Positions 17,116 to 27,196 are shown, counted from the stretch's first letter. The stretch is DNA of 31,299 nucleotides from Candidatus Heimdallarchaeota archaeon (GCA_048881705.1 JBHLSH010000047.1:1-31299), one strand, 5' to 3'. Notes: generated from the letters alone by a model not told the origin. Numbers and translations: made by a program.

Positions 17116-18063
17116 TTAAAAGATCAGTGAAGGTTTAAAGTTCATAGTAGCTTCTCGTATGGCAAATATATCCTCTTGTTGTAGGTCAAATCCCGCTGCT
17201 TCCGCATTAGAAGCAGCTTGATCTTGACTCTTCGCTCCAGGTATGACAACAACTGATTTGTTGTCAATCAAATATCGAAGGGCAACTTGGGCCATTGTCA
17301 CATTGTATTTTTTTGCTAATTCTCCAAGAAGAGAGAGAAGATCTGTCCCTCGTTCGAAATTTCGTCGTCTAAAAACTCGATTCATCCTTCGAGAACCTTT
17401 GGGTCTATTATCCACTGAATATTTGCCTGATAAAAAACCTTGAGCAAGTGGACTATACGCCATGGTCATAATTTGATTTTCATTGGCATAAGGGAGGAAG
17501 CTGTTCTCTATACCGTGTTTTACAATGCTATAATTTACTTGGTTAACCTGAATCCTGTTGTTCTTCATCCGCTTTTGAAAGTGATCAAATCTGTTTTTGG
17601 AAAAATTAGAAACTCCAAGATGGCGAATAAGGCCTTCATCTACCATTTCTTCCATGTATTGGAGAACACGGCCAATAGAAATAAGCGGATTTGGAAAATG
17701 AATTAGGTATATGTCCACATACGAAGTTTGAAGCCTATCTAGGCTTTTTAATAACGCTTTCTTCACTGAAGACGGTCGAAGGCGAAACGGCATGAATTTG
17801 GTCGTAATCACTAATCTTTCACGATCATATCCCTTGATCGCTTCTCCAATGAGCTTTTCAGACTTTCCACCAGCGTAGATCTCTGCAGTGTCAATTAAGT
17901 TGACTCCATTTTCAATGGCCTTCTCAATGATCTTGAAAATATCCTCTTTATCGAATTCTTCTCCAAATCCCCATCTTTTGGATCCGAACTGCATGGTTCC
18001 CAAACCAATCTGAGAGACTTGATCTTGGGAATTTCCAATGGTTGTATACTTCATGGAAATCAC
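17116..18063 (-). CDS. Aldo/keto reductase
   Basis: IGLGTMQFG, IDTAEIY (catalytic D/Y), TTK, IYLIHFP, GVSNFS, NQVNYS, MAYSPLAQG. The start may be the ATG of MKYTTIG, three codons in. Confidence 0.95.
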   Translation of the reverse strand: MISMKYTTIGNSQDQVSQIGLGTMQFGSKRWGFGEEFDKEDIFKIIEKAIENGVNLIDTAEIYAGGKSEKLIGEAIKGYDRERLVITTKFMPFRLRPSSVKKALLKSLDRLQTSYVDIYLIHFPNPLISIGRVLQYMEEMVDEGLIRHLGVSNFSKNRFDHFQKRMKNNRIQVNQVNYSIVKHGIENSFLPYANENQIMTMAYSPLAQGFLSGKYSVDNRPKGSRRMNRVFRRRNFERGTDLLSLLGELAKKYNVTMAQVALRYLIDNKSVVVIPGAKSQDQAASNAEAAGFDLQQEDIFAIREATMNFKPSLIF

Positions 18064-18387
18064 CTTGATTTTGTAATCTAGAATGGAAAACGTACGTTAC
18101 AGCTTTTTCATAAATGAAATTTTCTTAGAATCGAAGTGAAATCCACTTGTGAACACATCAAACCAAATTATTATAGGGATGGAATGTAATTCATTATTCT
18201 ACATTAAAACTTCAGTGAGGGATGGCTAGCGTTTCCTAGTTGATGGAATTAAAAGCCAGATTCTGATTGAAAAAGCGGCTTGCGGGGTTTTCGGATTGGA
18301 AAATCTTTGAATTATGCCATACATTAGGCTAGCGTGAACAGGAAAATCCTATCCGATGTTAATACATTTGATTGAGCATGAATAAAT

Positions 18388-19530
18388 TTGACAGGTTCAA
18401 TTAAAGAGGTAGATATCTTTGTTGTTGGCTGTGGGCCTGGTGGAGCGGGTGCGGCAAAAGCTGCAGCAGAAAATGGCTATTCAACACTAGTGGTTGAGAA
18501 AAAAGACCTGAGTAACGGTGGTAGATACAAGGCCTGCGGCGGAGCTCTGGCTTGGGATACTGTGGATGGTACTCATTTTCCTGAAGAACGAATAGATAGG
18601 ATTATTGAAGGTCTGGAGCTACATCATGTCGATGGCGAACAGTACACGAAAACGGGGAAAGGGGCTGTCGTTTGGAGAAGTACATTTGATCTTTATTTAA
18701 TGGAACTGGCTCGGGATGCGGGAGCAGATGTTAAAGATAGGGAGCCTCTGATTCAAATAAGGGGCTTAGAATCCTTTTCAAAGACGAACGGGGAGACTAT
18801 GTATGAGATTCATACCCAAAATAACGTCTATCATGCAAAGTATGTTATTTCAGCAGACGGAATGCCTTCTAGAACTCTCCGGCTCTTGAATTGGCCTGAT
18901 TTTGCCAAGGATGACGTGATCTTGAGCATAACCAACGAAATGAGAACATCTAAAGCTGCAATTAATGAAACGCTTGGTTCTGATAAAATTCATCTCTTCT
19001 TCGGAATTAAAAACCTGATTCCTGTTGGTTACGCATGGTTATTCCCGAAAGCAGAACATATAACAACGGGTTGGGGGAATTTGAGAAATTTGATAACTAA
19101 TTCACGGATAGAATACCAGAAGTTTCTGGATCTTCCGATGGTTAAACAAGCACTCAATGGAGCCGTCTCAGATATCTATATGGCGCATCTCATTCCTGTA
19201 GGAATTAGATCCCAGCTCTATCAGGATCAAGTTTTCGCGGTAGGAGATGCTGGCGGCATAGTCGATCCAATAAGCGGCAAGGGAATTCCTTATGCCATGA
19301 AATCGGGAGAAATTGCCATAAAATCTATTATAGAATGTGAGGCGGATGGGGATTTATCGAATATGGGGGAAATATATGAAAATCAGCTAGAGAGGAAATT
19401 TCTCAAGAGTTTAAAGGCCAAACGGGCAGCACGTGATAGAATCTTCAAAAATGATGAAACTCTAAAGCGATTTTTGGGTTTATGGGAAAAATATTCGAGT
19501 TCTGAACTCATAGAACGCGGATTAATCTGA
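18388..19530 (+). CDS. Geranylgeranyl reductase family FAD-dependent oxidoreductase
   Basis: VVGCGPGG (GxGxxG), KACGG, PVGYAWLFP (GGR PxxYxWxFP signature), VGDAGG.DPISGKGI. Confidence 0.9.
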   Translation: MTGSIKEVDIFVVGCGPGGAGAAKAAAENGYSTLVVEKKDLSNGGRYKACGGALAWDTVDGTHFPEERIDRIIEGLELHHVDGEQYTKTGKGAVVWRSTFDLYLMELARDAGADVKDREPLIQIRGLESFSKTNGETMYEIHTQNNVYHAKYVISADGMPSRTLRLLNWPDFAKDDVILSITNEMRTSKAAINETLGSDKIHLFFGIKNLIPVGYAWLFPKAEHITTGWGNLRNLITNSRIEYQKFLDLPMVKQALNGAVSDIYMAHLIPVGIRSQLYQDQVFAVGDAGGIVDPISGKGIPYAMKSGEIAIKSIIECEADGDLSNMGEIYENQLERKFLKSLKAKRAARDRIFKNDETLKRFLGLWEKYSSSELIERGLI

Positions 19531-19651
19531 TCTAGTAGTATTGATGGATCTCCGGAACTTTCAGTTCTAATGCAAGGGATTAGAAGAAATTCATCCTAAT
19601 GCGTTAAAAGGAGGAAAGACATATTTTTCCAATTTTATTTGGCAAAAAAGT

Positions 19652-20971
19652 GTGGCATTGTTTAATTATTCGCGATTAAGGGTATCAGAGTATGCTGGAA
19701 TAGCATCAGTCCAGTTTCTTCTCTTTTTTAGACGTTTAATAATTTATACGTTCCTAGCGATTTATTTAAGAGTAGTTATCGGACTTTCGACAACAGAAAC
19801 CTCCCTCTTATCAGCCATTGGGATGATTGTGAGTTCAATCGCTCAACCCTTTCTCTGGGGAAGATTGTTAGATCGTTGGAAGATATCAGGGTCTATGTTT
19901 GTGGCGATCGGTGAGATTATCGCAGGTTTGGGTCATATTTTCATGTTTTTATGGCACAAGGCGACGTTAGAGACGGGAAATATCAGGTTAGCCGGATTTG
20001 TAATCATCATTAGCTTGGGTTTCATCGAATTACCCTGGTCCATGTCGAATGTTGGGTGGAGCACATTAATCTCGGAAAAGACGGAGGAAGAAGAAAGGAC
20101 GAAACTAATGGGACAGCTCTCTGTTGTGGGAGGAATAGGGGGAATAATAGGGGCATATTTAGGCGGTCAGTTATACATTGGGGGATTGGGGTTCTCATCG
20201 GGTGTACTGTTCTTTGTTGCCGCCATCGTCATGTTCGGATCTGGAATTATCGTATTCTTTTCTGTTAAAAGAGGAGAATCTTTGAAACACGATAGAAATT
20301 ATTCTGGCACAATGATTACAACAATTACGTCTTTAAGTGAACTACCCTCTAATGTAACAAAAACGTTTGTTATATTACTAGGATCCCTGGCTTTTTTCTT
20401 TTTTGGCCTTAATTCAGTGGTTTTTACTGCAATTTTTTATATAGTAGATCCAAATGCGTTTAACGCTAGTGACCAGCAGGTTGCTCTGTATCGTAACGTT
20501 TGGTCTATCTTCCAAATCATTGGTGGAATTTTCCTCGGCATTGTTAGTTATCGTATAAAGGATACAAAAATCCTTCTGTTCGGCATCGTGATTGGATCGC
20601 TTGCCCTGTTCTGGCTCCCATTTGCGCCAAACTACAATATCGCATTGGTCACACCTGGATTATACGGACTCTCATTTGTGCTAGGCAGAAGCGCTTCTTA
20701 TTCTGTTGTTGCAAAGATAATCCCTCCAGATTTTCGAGGCCGCCTATTTGGCTATTATAATTCAGTCTTCTTTCTGAGCTGGGGACTTGGTGGTACTGTC
20801 CTTGGCGGACCCGTTGCAGATTATTTCATTTCAAGGGGGTATTCCGCTGCGGAAGCTTACCGAGTCAGCTTTTTTGCGGCAGGGGGATTGGTGATTTTTG
20901 GTTTGATAATGATGTTATATGCTATCAAGCTGATAGGTAGCCTGGAGATAGCAACAGAAAAACGCAGCTAA
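19652..20971 (+). CDS. MFS transporter
   Basis: ~12 TM segments; WGRLLDRW motif A, EEERTKLMG and DFRGRLFG loops. Confidence 0.9.
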   Translation: MALFNYSRLRVSEYAGIASVQFLLFFRRLIIYTFLAIYLRVVIGLSTTETSLLSAIGMIVSSIAQPFLWGRLLDRWKISGSMFVAIGEIIAGLGHIFMFLWHKATLETGNIRLAGFVIIISLGFIELPWSMSNVGWSTLISEKTEEEERTKLMGQLSVVGGIGGIIGAYLGGQLYIGGLGFSSGVLFFVAAIVMFGSGIIVFFSVKRGESLKHDRNYSGTMITTITSLSELPSNVTKTFVILLGSLAFFFFGLNSVVFTAIFYIVDPNAFNASDQQVALYRNVWSIFQIIGGIFLGIVSYRIKDTKILLFGIVIGSLALFWLPFAPNYNIALVTPGLYGLSFVLGRSASYSVVAKIIPPDFRGRLFGYYNSVFFLSWGLGGTVLGGPVADYFISRGYSAAEAYRVSFFAAGGLVIFGLIMMLYAIKLIGSLEIATEKRS

Positions 20972-22605
20972 GATATGGCAACCAGGGGGCCAAATAATTC
21001 CTCGGCATCATTGACTGCATCTTCAAACACTTTGACATTCCCGTTCCAATCAGAAAGGACCTTCTGAAATCTCACTTCAAATCGATGAAGGAAACGTCTC
21101 AGCACTTTTTGGAGTTCTATATCGTTCTTATTGGAAAACACTGCCCCAGAGAGACCTCCTGATGTATCGGATAAAATAAAGTGAGTGCCATGTCGAACCA
21201 AGTTTAGATTGGCGTTTTCTTCTCCTGTGGCTTCAAGCATAAAACTTCCTACGGCAGAAAGAGCTCCAGAAATAAGGGGCAGGTCAACCTTCAAACTTTC
21301 TCCTTTTCCAAAGTTATAAGAAAAAATCGGTAGACCAGCATCATTAATTACCAATAAGAGAAAGAAATCCAGGGGTGGAGAGGAATCAGTTGTCCAATAG
21401 AGTGGGAAACTCGCTAAAACCGCCAAAGCAATAAGTAAGAATACATTGAAGGCTAATTTACTAGCAATGTCCGCGAAGGGATTGAACAATCCCAATATAA
21501 GTCCCAAAACGACTCCTAGAGAGATGGAAAGGAATCCAAGGGAGTAATATCGGCTTAATGAATCTCTTGATGCGAGATCGGCCCAAACAGAGGCATCAAG
21601 GGAAGGATGGATAAACGCAAATGCTATACCAATAATAAGTGCTGCAGTTAGGAAAGATAAGGGATTTTCGGGAAGTAGACCCACGATAATTGCTGCAAAA
21701 ACAATCAAATAGGTTGCAAGAACTATTGCAGATTTACGACCAAATTTATCAACAAATATGCTTGCCGGAAGAATCAACAACCCTGCTCCGAAGATCACTC
21801 CAGCCCAAAAGGTCTTATACGCCCCTAAATCGATTCCAAAGAAAGCTGTCACATTATAATAGGTCCCAGCTTCAGCTAAAGAACCAATCATGAGGCCTAT
21901 CATTAAATATACCAATGTGTGTGTCCAGAAATATACGATAACAGAGGGTCTTTTAATTATTTGCCAGTTAGTTGTGGGCCAAGGGTCATTAGTCCAAAAT
22001 GACCAAAGTTTTGTGCAATAAAAGAAAATACTTGTCAAAAATAAGCCCGTTAGGGAATAGAGAGTAAATCCGAGGAGGTAATTGCTATTAATAATACCGA
22101 TTCCGAGAATAACCAAGAGACTGAATAACTCGAAAATAAAGATTGCTACGCCATAATTGGTTCCTCGCTTCTTCCAATTGATATTTAAGCCTCCAAAGAG
22201 AGTATGGCTAGCGATAACAAGGACGCCCATTAAAAATCCCAGGCTCATTGCGCTGATGATAATAAACAATCCATTCTTAACTAACAGAGATACTACATAA
22301 TTAGCGAGAAGGGTCGAACTTCCGCCAAGACCGAGTAAGACAGTTTTGCCGATGTATTTGGGGTATTTATCTAGGAATACACCCGTTATAACCAAAGCTC
22401 CGGGAACAGGCCATGCAATAATGATTAACATTAACAAAACATCCACACCAGGAAGTATAGATGAGGAATTCATATAATCGACAAAATCATAAATATACAC
22501 AAGAACCAAAGAGGCAATAAACAGCCAGGAAAAGCTTAAGGGCAGGAGTAGAGCGGCATAAAATGAGAATGGCTTCGAAAGTTTGAACAAGGCCAAATAA
22601 AACAT
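20968..22605 (-). CDS. MFS-type 12-TM protein fused to a C-terminal longin-like domain
   Basis: aa 1-~405 hydrophobic with FVDKFGRK motif A; aa ~412-545 soluble: LLVINDAGLPIFSYNF..LISGALSAVGSFMLE..LNLVRHGTHFIL..AVF..VLRRFLHRFEVRF..LSDWNGNVKVFE. No stop between the domains. Confidence 0.82.
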   Translation of the reverse strand: MFYLALFKLSKPFSFYAALLLPLSFSWLFIASLVLVYIYDFVDYMNSSSILPGVDVLLMLIIIAWPVPGALVITGVFLDKYPKYIGKTVLLGLGGSSTLLANYVVSLLVKNGLFIIISAMSLGFLMGVLVIASHTLFGGLNINWKKRGTNYGVAIFIFELFSLLVILGIGIINSNYLLGFTLYSLTGLFLTSIFFYCTKLWSFWTNDPWPTTNWQIIKRPSVIVYFWTHTLVYLMIGLMIGSLAEAGTYYNVTAFFGIDLGAYKTFWAGVIFGAGLLILPASIFVDKFGRKSAIVLATYLIVFAAIIVGLLPENPLSFLTAALIIGIAFAFIHPSLDASVWADLASRDSLSRYYSLGFLSISLGVVLGLILGLFNPFADIASKLAFNVFLLIALAVLASFPLYWTTDSSPPLDFFLLLVINDAGLPIFSYNFGKGESLKVDLPLISGALSAVGSFMLEATGEENANLNLVRHGTHFILSDTSGGLSGAVFSNKNDIELQKVLRRFLHRFEVRFQKVLSDWNGNVKVFEDAVNDAEELFGPLVAIS

Positions 22606-22837
22606 CTGCTCATATAGGGTTGGGATTTGGAAGGAGTAATTATTTTTATAATCTTCCCTGAAGAAAAGATGGGGGATCTAAAAATGTGTGAGATAAATCC
22701 TGAGGACTCAGAATAAGTTATAACGATCCTTTAAATGCCTGACTAAGGTACGATTTTACAAGCTAGCAGAACTTTTTTGGACATGATAAGTAAGCATTAA
22801 TACAAAGGTACGGTAAGAACCAGTATGTTGTGATCAA

Positions 22838-24058
22838 ATGATTGAAGATTTAGATTCCGAATTAGAAAAAACAAATAGTGAGGCTATTATCATCATAGGA
22901 GACAGTACTTCGGGGAACCCCTCTCTTGCATACGTTTGTGGCGTAACAGTTCCTCGTGGTGGAGTTTATATCAAAAAAGTTGGTGAGGACCCTGTTCTTG
23001 TTGTTGGTGATTTGGATACGGCTAATGCTCAGCGCGGATTAGTTAAAAGGGTTTATCCCACATCTAAATACAATCTCTCAAAACTTGCCAAGGAGAACGG
23101 GCTTAAAGAGGCATATGTTGTCATCTATGATCAAATTCTTAAAGAATTTGGCGGAGCTAAAGGGGTTGTGCTTGCTGGCAAGATCGAGGCGGGTCAGGCC
23201 ATTGATATTTCAAGAAGAATGGTAAAAAGGGGGTATAAGATCGTGGCTGATCCTGATTTGGTGGATAAGGTTCGAAGAACAAAGAGTTCGAGAGAACTTG
23301 ATATCATAAATGAAGTAGCACGGAAAACCGAAGATGTTGTACGGGCCACGCTTTTAATGCTCCGAGAATGTTCAATAAAGGGCAACACACTTCAAAACCC
23401 CTTTGAATCAGGAAAAGCGTTAACAGTTGGCAATGTTAAACAGTTTATCAACCTCAGATTGGCAGAAAGAAACCTTATCGCTGTTTTTGATACAATATTC
23501 GCTCCTGGACCAGATGGAGCAGACCCACACAATCATGGCACCTCAGGACGAAAGGTAACCACAGGAACACCTATTGTATTTGATATTTTTCCCAGAGATA
23601 TCGAATCGGGATACTGCTTTGATACTACAAGAACTTTTACTATCGGAAAAGCGTCTGATGAGATAAAAAAAATGCATGAGGATGTTTTGACGGCTCAAGA
23701 GGCCGCTTTAGAACAGATCATGGCCAACTCCAACGGAAAGAAAATTTCAACATCGGTCTGCAATATTCTTGCAAAGCGTGGTCACAAAACTCCGTTATTT
23801 TATATGGAAAATCCTGGAATGCCTATGAAAGAAGGATATATTCATGGTTTGGGCCACGGGGTAGGTTTAACGATTGGTGAGCCCCCATATCTCTCACTTC
23901 TCAGAGAAGAAGAGGTTTTAAAGGTCGGAGATGTCGTTACAGTCGAACCTGGGGTTTATTATCCCAATAAATGGGGGATAAGAATTGAGGACACTGTTGC
24001 TGTGCAGAACAAAGGCCTTAGGAATTTTTCAACCTTGGAAAAGAATCTTGAGCTATAA
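22838..24058 (+). CDS. Xaa-Pro aminopeptidase / M24B peptidase
   Basis: Metal ligands in FDIFP, FDTTRT, HGLGHGVG, TVEPG and IRIEDTV. Confidence 0.93.
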   Translation: MIEDLDSELEKTNSEAIIIIGDSTSGNPSLAYVCGVTVPRGGVYIKKVGEDPVLVVGDLDTANAQRGLVKRVYPTSKYNLSKLAKENGLKEAYVVIYDQILKEFGGAKGVVLAGKIEAGQAIDISRRMVKRGYKIVADPDLVDKVRRTKSSRELDIINEVARKTEDVVRATLLMLRECSIKGNTLQNPFESGKALTVGNVKQFINLRLAERNLIAVFDTIFAPGPDGADPHNHGTSGRKVTTGTPIVFDIFPRDIESGYCFDTTRTFTIGKASDEIKKMHEDVLTAQEAALEQIMANSNGKKISTSVCNILAKRGHKTPLFYMENPGMPMKEGYIHGLGHGVGLTIGEPPYLSLLREEEVLKVGDVVTVEPGVYYPNKWGIRIEDTVAVQNKGLRNFSTLEKNLEL

Positions 24059-24149
24059 AATATTGTCTTTTATTTCTGATTCGTAAAAAAACAAAGGATA
24101 CATCTATATACACTAGGACGTGTTAGTTATTTTATAAAGGGGATTGTAG

Positions 24150-25307
24150 TTGCGAAGTAGTTTAGACGAGAAGGCCATTGAATTTTCAAGGATATTACCC
24201 CGAGAAGTCCATCAGCTCTTCAATATACTAAAGACCCATGATAAGGAATCCTTGATAATCGGAGGGGCCGTCAGGGATTTTTTCTTTGGGGTTCCGATAG
24301 GGGATTTTGATCTAGCGACATCAGCAACTCCAAACCAGTTGATTCAATGGCTCAAGGATTCAAATATTAAAACTAAATCTATTGGCGGCGAATTTGGGAC
24401 AGTCCTTGCCATTATGGGAAAAAAAGCTTTTGATGTCAGCACCTTTAGGCGGGAACATTTTCACGCCCCTGGAAAGCCTCCGATAGTAACGTTCGTGAAA
24501 TCGTTGGCAGATGACCTAGCCAGAAGGGATTTTACTATTAATGCAATAGTTTATGATGATGCAGATAAAAAGATCTACGATCCTTATGATGGTCTTCGCG
24601 ACATCCGAGAGCGCGTGATTCACATTATAGGAGATCCATTTATTCGTTTTCTTGAAGATGGCTTAAGAATAATTCGAATTTGCCGTTTTATTTCACAGTT
24701 CAATCTGAATCCTGGAGAAGCGGCCCATAAAGCGGTTTATGTTGTGGGACGACAAGCCTTATTTCGAAGTCGAACGGTAGTTCGTCAGGAGTTTTTCAAA
24801 CTTCTAAAGCTTCCGTATCCGGAAAGAGGATTACGACTTTTATACGATGCAGAAGTCTTGAAGGCAATTTTCCCTCATGTTCCTATTATTTCAGCTCAAA
24901 ATACCCAGGATTACTTAACTACCGTTTTTGACAAGCTTAAAATAATCCCTACCCGTCAACCTCTCATTAGGTTGTTTAGCTTTCTGGTAGCAGGAATTTC
25001 GTCTGAACATAACTCATTTCATGCATGGAAAACACACCAAGAAAACATTACACAGGATCTCAATTTGAACCAAAGGCAGCAGCAGGTATTGAGACGGCTA
25101 GTTGATGGATGGTTCAGTCTTCCTAATTTCGAAGTAGAGCGGGAAGTTCGACAGTGGATTCGTAAAACAGGCCTAAATACGAGCGAAGATCTTCTTCCAG
25201 CTTTGTTTCTCCTATCCGAAACCTTCGGAAACAATAATATATCGAAGGACTGGGAATCAGTAAGAAAAACTGTTACTCGAGCCATAACTAGCCTAAGGAG
25301 TTCCTAA
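24150..25307 (+). CDS. cca: Class II tRNA nucleotidyltransferase (CCA-adding / poly(A) polymerase family)
   Basis: IGGAVRD..DFDLAT (motif A), DLARRDFTINA (B), DPYDGLRDI, EDGLRIIR (D). GGEFGTV stands where PAPs have GRRF; no obvious HD domain. Confidence 0.85.
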   Translation: MRSSLDEKAIEFSRILPREVHQLFNILKTHDKESLIIGGAVRDFFFGVPIGDFDLATSATPNQLIQWLKDSNIKTKSIGGEFGTVLAIMGKKAFDVSTFRREHFHAPGKPPIVTFVKSLADDLARRDFTINAIVYDDADKKIYDPYDGLRDIRERVIHIIGDPFIRFLEDGLRIIRICRFISQFNLNPGEAAHKAVYVVGRQALFRSRTVVRQEFFKLLKLPYPERGLRLLYDAEVLKAIFPHVPIISAQNTQDYLTTVFDKLKIIPTRQPLIRLFSFLVAGISSEHNSFHAWKTHQENITQDLNLNQRQQQVLRRLVDGWFSLPNFEVEREVRQWIRKTGLNTSEDLLPALFLLSETFGNNNISKDWESVRKTVTRAITSLRSS

Positions 25308-25373
25308 CTAGAAGAAAATTTAATTAACGATGTAGTCCTACTTAAATCGGAATGGTAAAGGTCGATAAGATAG

Positions 25374-26663
25374 GTGGGTTCTATTAAGGTCACATATAAG
25401 CCAGTACATACCGAGGGGAAGGTACTAAACTGGTACAAATCGCCCGATATCTGGTTTTGGACCTATGGATCTGTAAACCCGTATCGAGGATGTGAGCATG
25501 ACTGTGTATATTGCGATGGGCGTGCCGAGTGGTATGGAATTAGCAATTTTGGAACTTTGATAAGGATTAAGGAAAATGCCCCACAACGCTACGAAAAAGA
25601 CCTTTTAAAGATCGGATATAGCCCAAATTACCGTCCTCGTTCTACTTCTATTGAAAGATTTTTCAAGTCTTCCTCAAACATACATTCTGAGGTGAAGATG
25701 AAGACTCAGCCACCACGGTTTCCCATTGCTATTGGGGGAGGCGTTTGTGACGTTTATCAGCCAGCTGAGAGAAAGTATCGTGTAACACGAAACCTGCTTG
25801 TAAAGCAACGAGATTTTGGTCTACCTACTACTGTATTAACTAAATCTAAATTAGTTCTCAGAGACATTGATATATTAAAAGAGATTAATGAAATAACCTA
25901 TGCCAGTGTGTCGTTTTCCATAACGTTATGTGATGAAAAGCTCAGAAAACGCTTTGAACCACATGCTGCCGCAAGCCGACAACGCTTTAAAGCACTTGCA
26001 GAGATTCGTGAAAACAAATTACATGGCGGGGTGATGTTGATGCCAATTTTACCTGGTGTGGGAGATACTGAAGAGAATCTAGGCTGTATTATAGAAGCGG
26101 CAAAAACTGCAGGTGCAGAGTTCATTCTGCCTAGCGGTTTAACTCTGAAACCAGGCAGAAATAAACGTGAATTTCTTGACGTCCTTCAAAGACATTTTCC
26201 TGCATTGATGCCATTATACCAAGAACTTTATGGAAATAATAGCAGGTATGGCATAGCAGACGGAACGAAAATTCAGAGAATTAATGTTAGTGCTCTAGCT
26301 CACGAACTATGCAGGAAATGGAAGATTCCAGACCGTCTTCCTAGATATATCCCTACCGAAGTTTACCAGACAAACTATTTGGTTTCCACGGTTCTAGCAA
26401 ATCTCGCTTATTACCTGCAATGGGTGAAAGAGGACTCTTGGACCAAGATTAAACCATTCATCGAGGCTGGTAAGCAAATCGAGGCCATGGACACAGATAT
26501 TCGGGCATTACCGTATAAGAAGATCCAAACACGATTTAAGTTAGTAGAGGAAGTCACTGATATAGTTCAGGAAGTAATTGAAACAGGATATTCGTCTTGG
26601 TTATCTGACTTTATACCCAAAGATCAAATTATGGTAACCAAACCGGAGCTAGATCCAAACTAG
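25374..26663 (+). CDS. Spore photoproduct lyase-like radical SAM protein with a C-terminal helical extension
   Basis: VNPYRGCEHDCVYCD (CxxxCxxC), DVYQPAERKY, TKS.LVLRDID, FEPHA, MPILPG motifs. Confidence 0.88.
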   Translation: MGSIKVTYKPVHTEGKVLNWYKSPDIWFWTYGSVNPYRGCEHDCVYCDGRAEWYGISNFGTLIRIKENAPQRYEKDLLKIGYSPNYRPRSTSIERFFKSSSNIHSEVKMKTQPPRFPIAIGGGVCDVYQPAERKYRVTRNLLVKQRDFGLPTTVLTKSKLVLRDIDILKEINEITYASVSFSITLCDEKLRKRFEPHAAASRQRFKALAEIRENKLHGGVMLMPILPGVGDTEENLGCIIEAAKTAGAEFILPSGLTLKPGRNKREFLDVLQRHFPALMPLYQELYGNNSRYGIADGTKIQRINVSALAHELCRKWKIPDRLPRYIPTEVYQTNYLVSTVLANLAYYLQWVKEDSWTKIKPFIEAGKQIEAMDTDIRALPYKKIQTRFKLVEEVTDIVQEVIETGYSSWLSDFIPKDQIMVTKPELDPN

Positions 26664-27056
26664 AACTGGGCCAAAGGGGGTAAAAGGATTCATCTTAGAA
26701 TTCATTAGTTTTCGATTTATCCCTGTTCTGGAGGTAAGGGTGCCTGGTAAGAAAAATTGTTAGAGAATACATTTTTGAACCAAAAAGGGCGTTTTTTGGC
26801 AAATTCTAAGCATATTGCAATTTAGAGTTTACCTCCTTTCGATCAAGTTCCTTTCTTTTAAGATAGGTTTATTTGAGAGCAAGAAAAGACGTGAATGGGT
26901 TGGATCTCTAGCTTTCTAGGGTTATAGGGTCAAAAAGACCAAACACTCTCCGAATTTCCTCTTTCTGTTTCCTTAAAAGTATCTCAACTGTATTAGTGTA
27001 GCATTGGAAGTTCCTCGATTTACAGGCATATTGCCCAGGTTTTTCGGTTTAATTGG

Positions 27057-27084
27057 CAGTCACGCCCGTAATGTGGCGTAACTG
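27057..27084 (-). other. 10-bp intergenic hairpin
   Basis: Minus strand cagttacgcc-acattacg-ggcgtgactg pairs fully with one T-G wobble; the + strand would have a C/A mismatch. Confidence 0.3.
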
Positions 27085-27196
27085 TACTCTTAAACCATCA
27101 AAAATTCTGTTTAAACGGGATTTCGAGTATTAAATCAAAAACTGGATCCTAAAACCATCCTTGATATAAAATTGGTCCCTCTTGGAAGTATAAACC

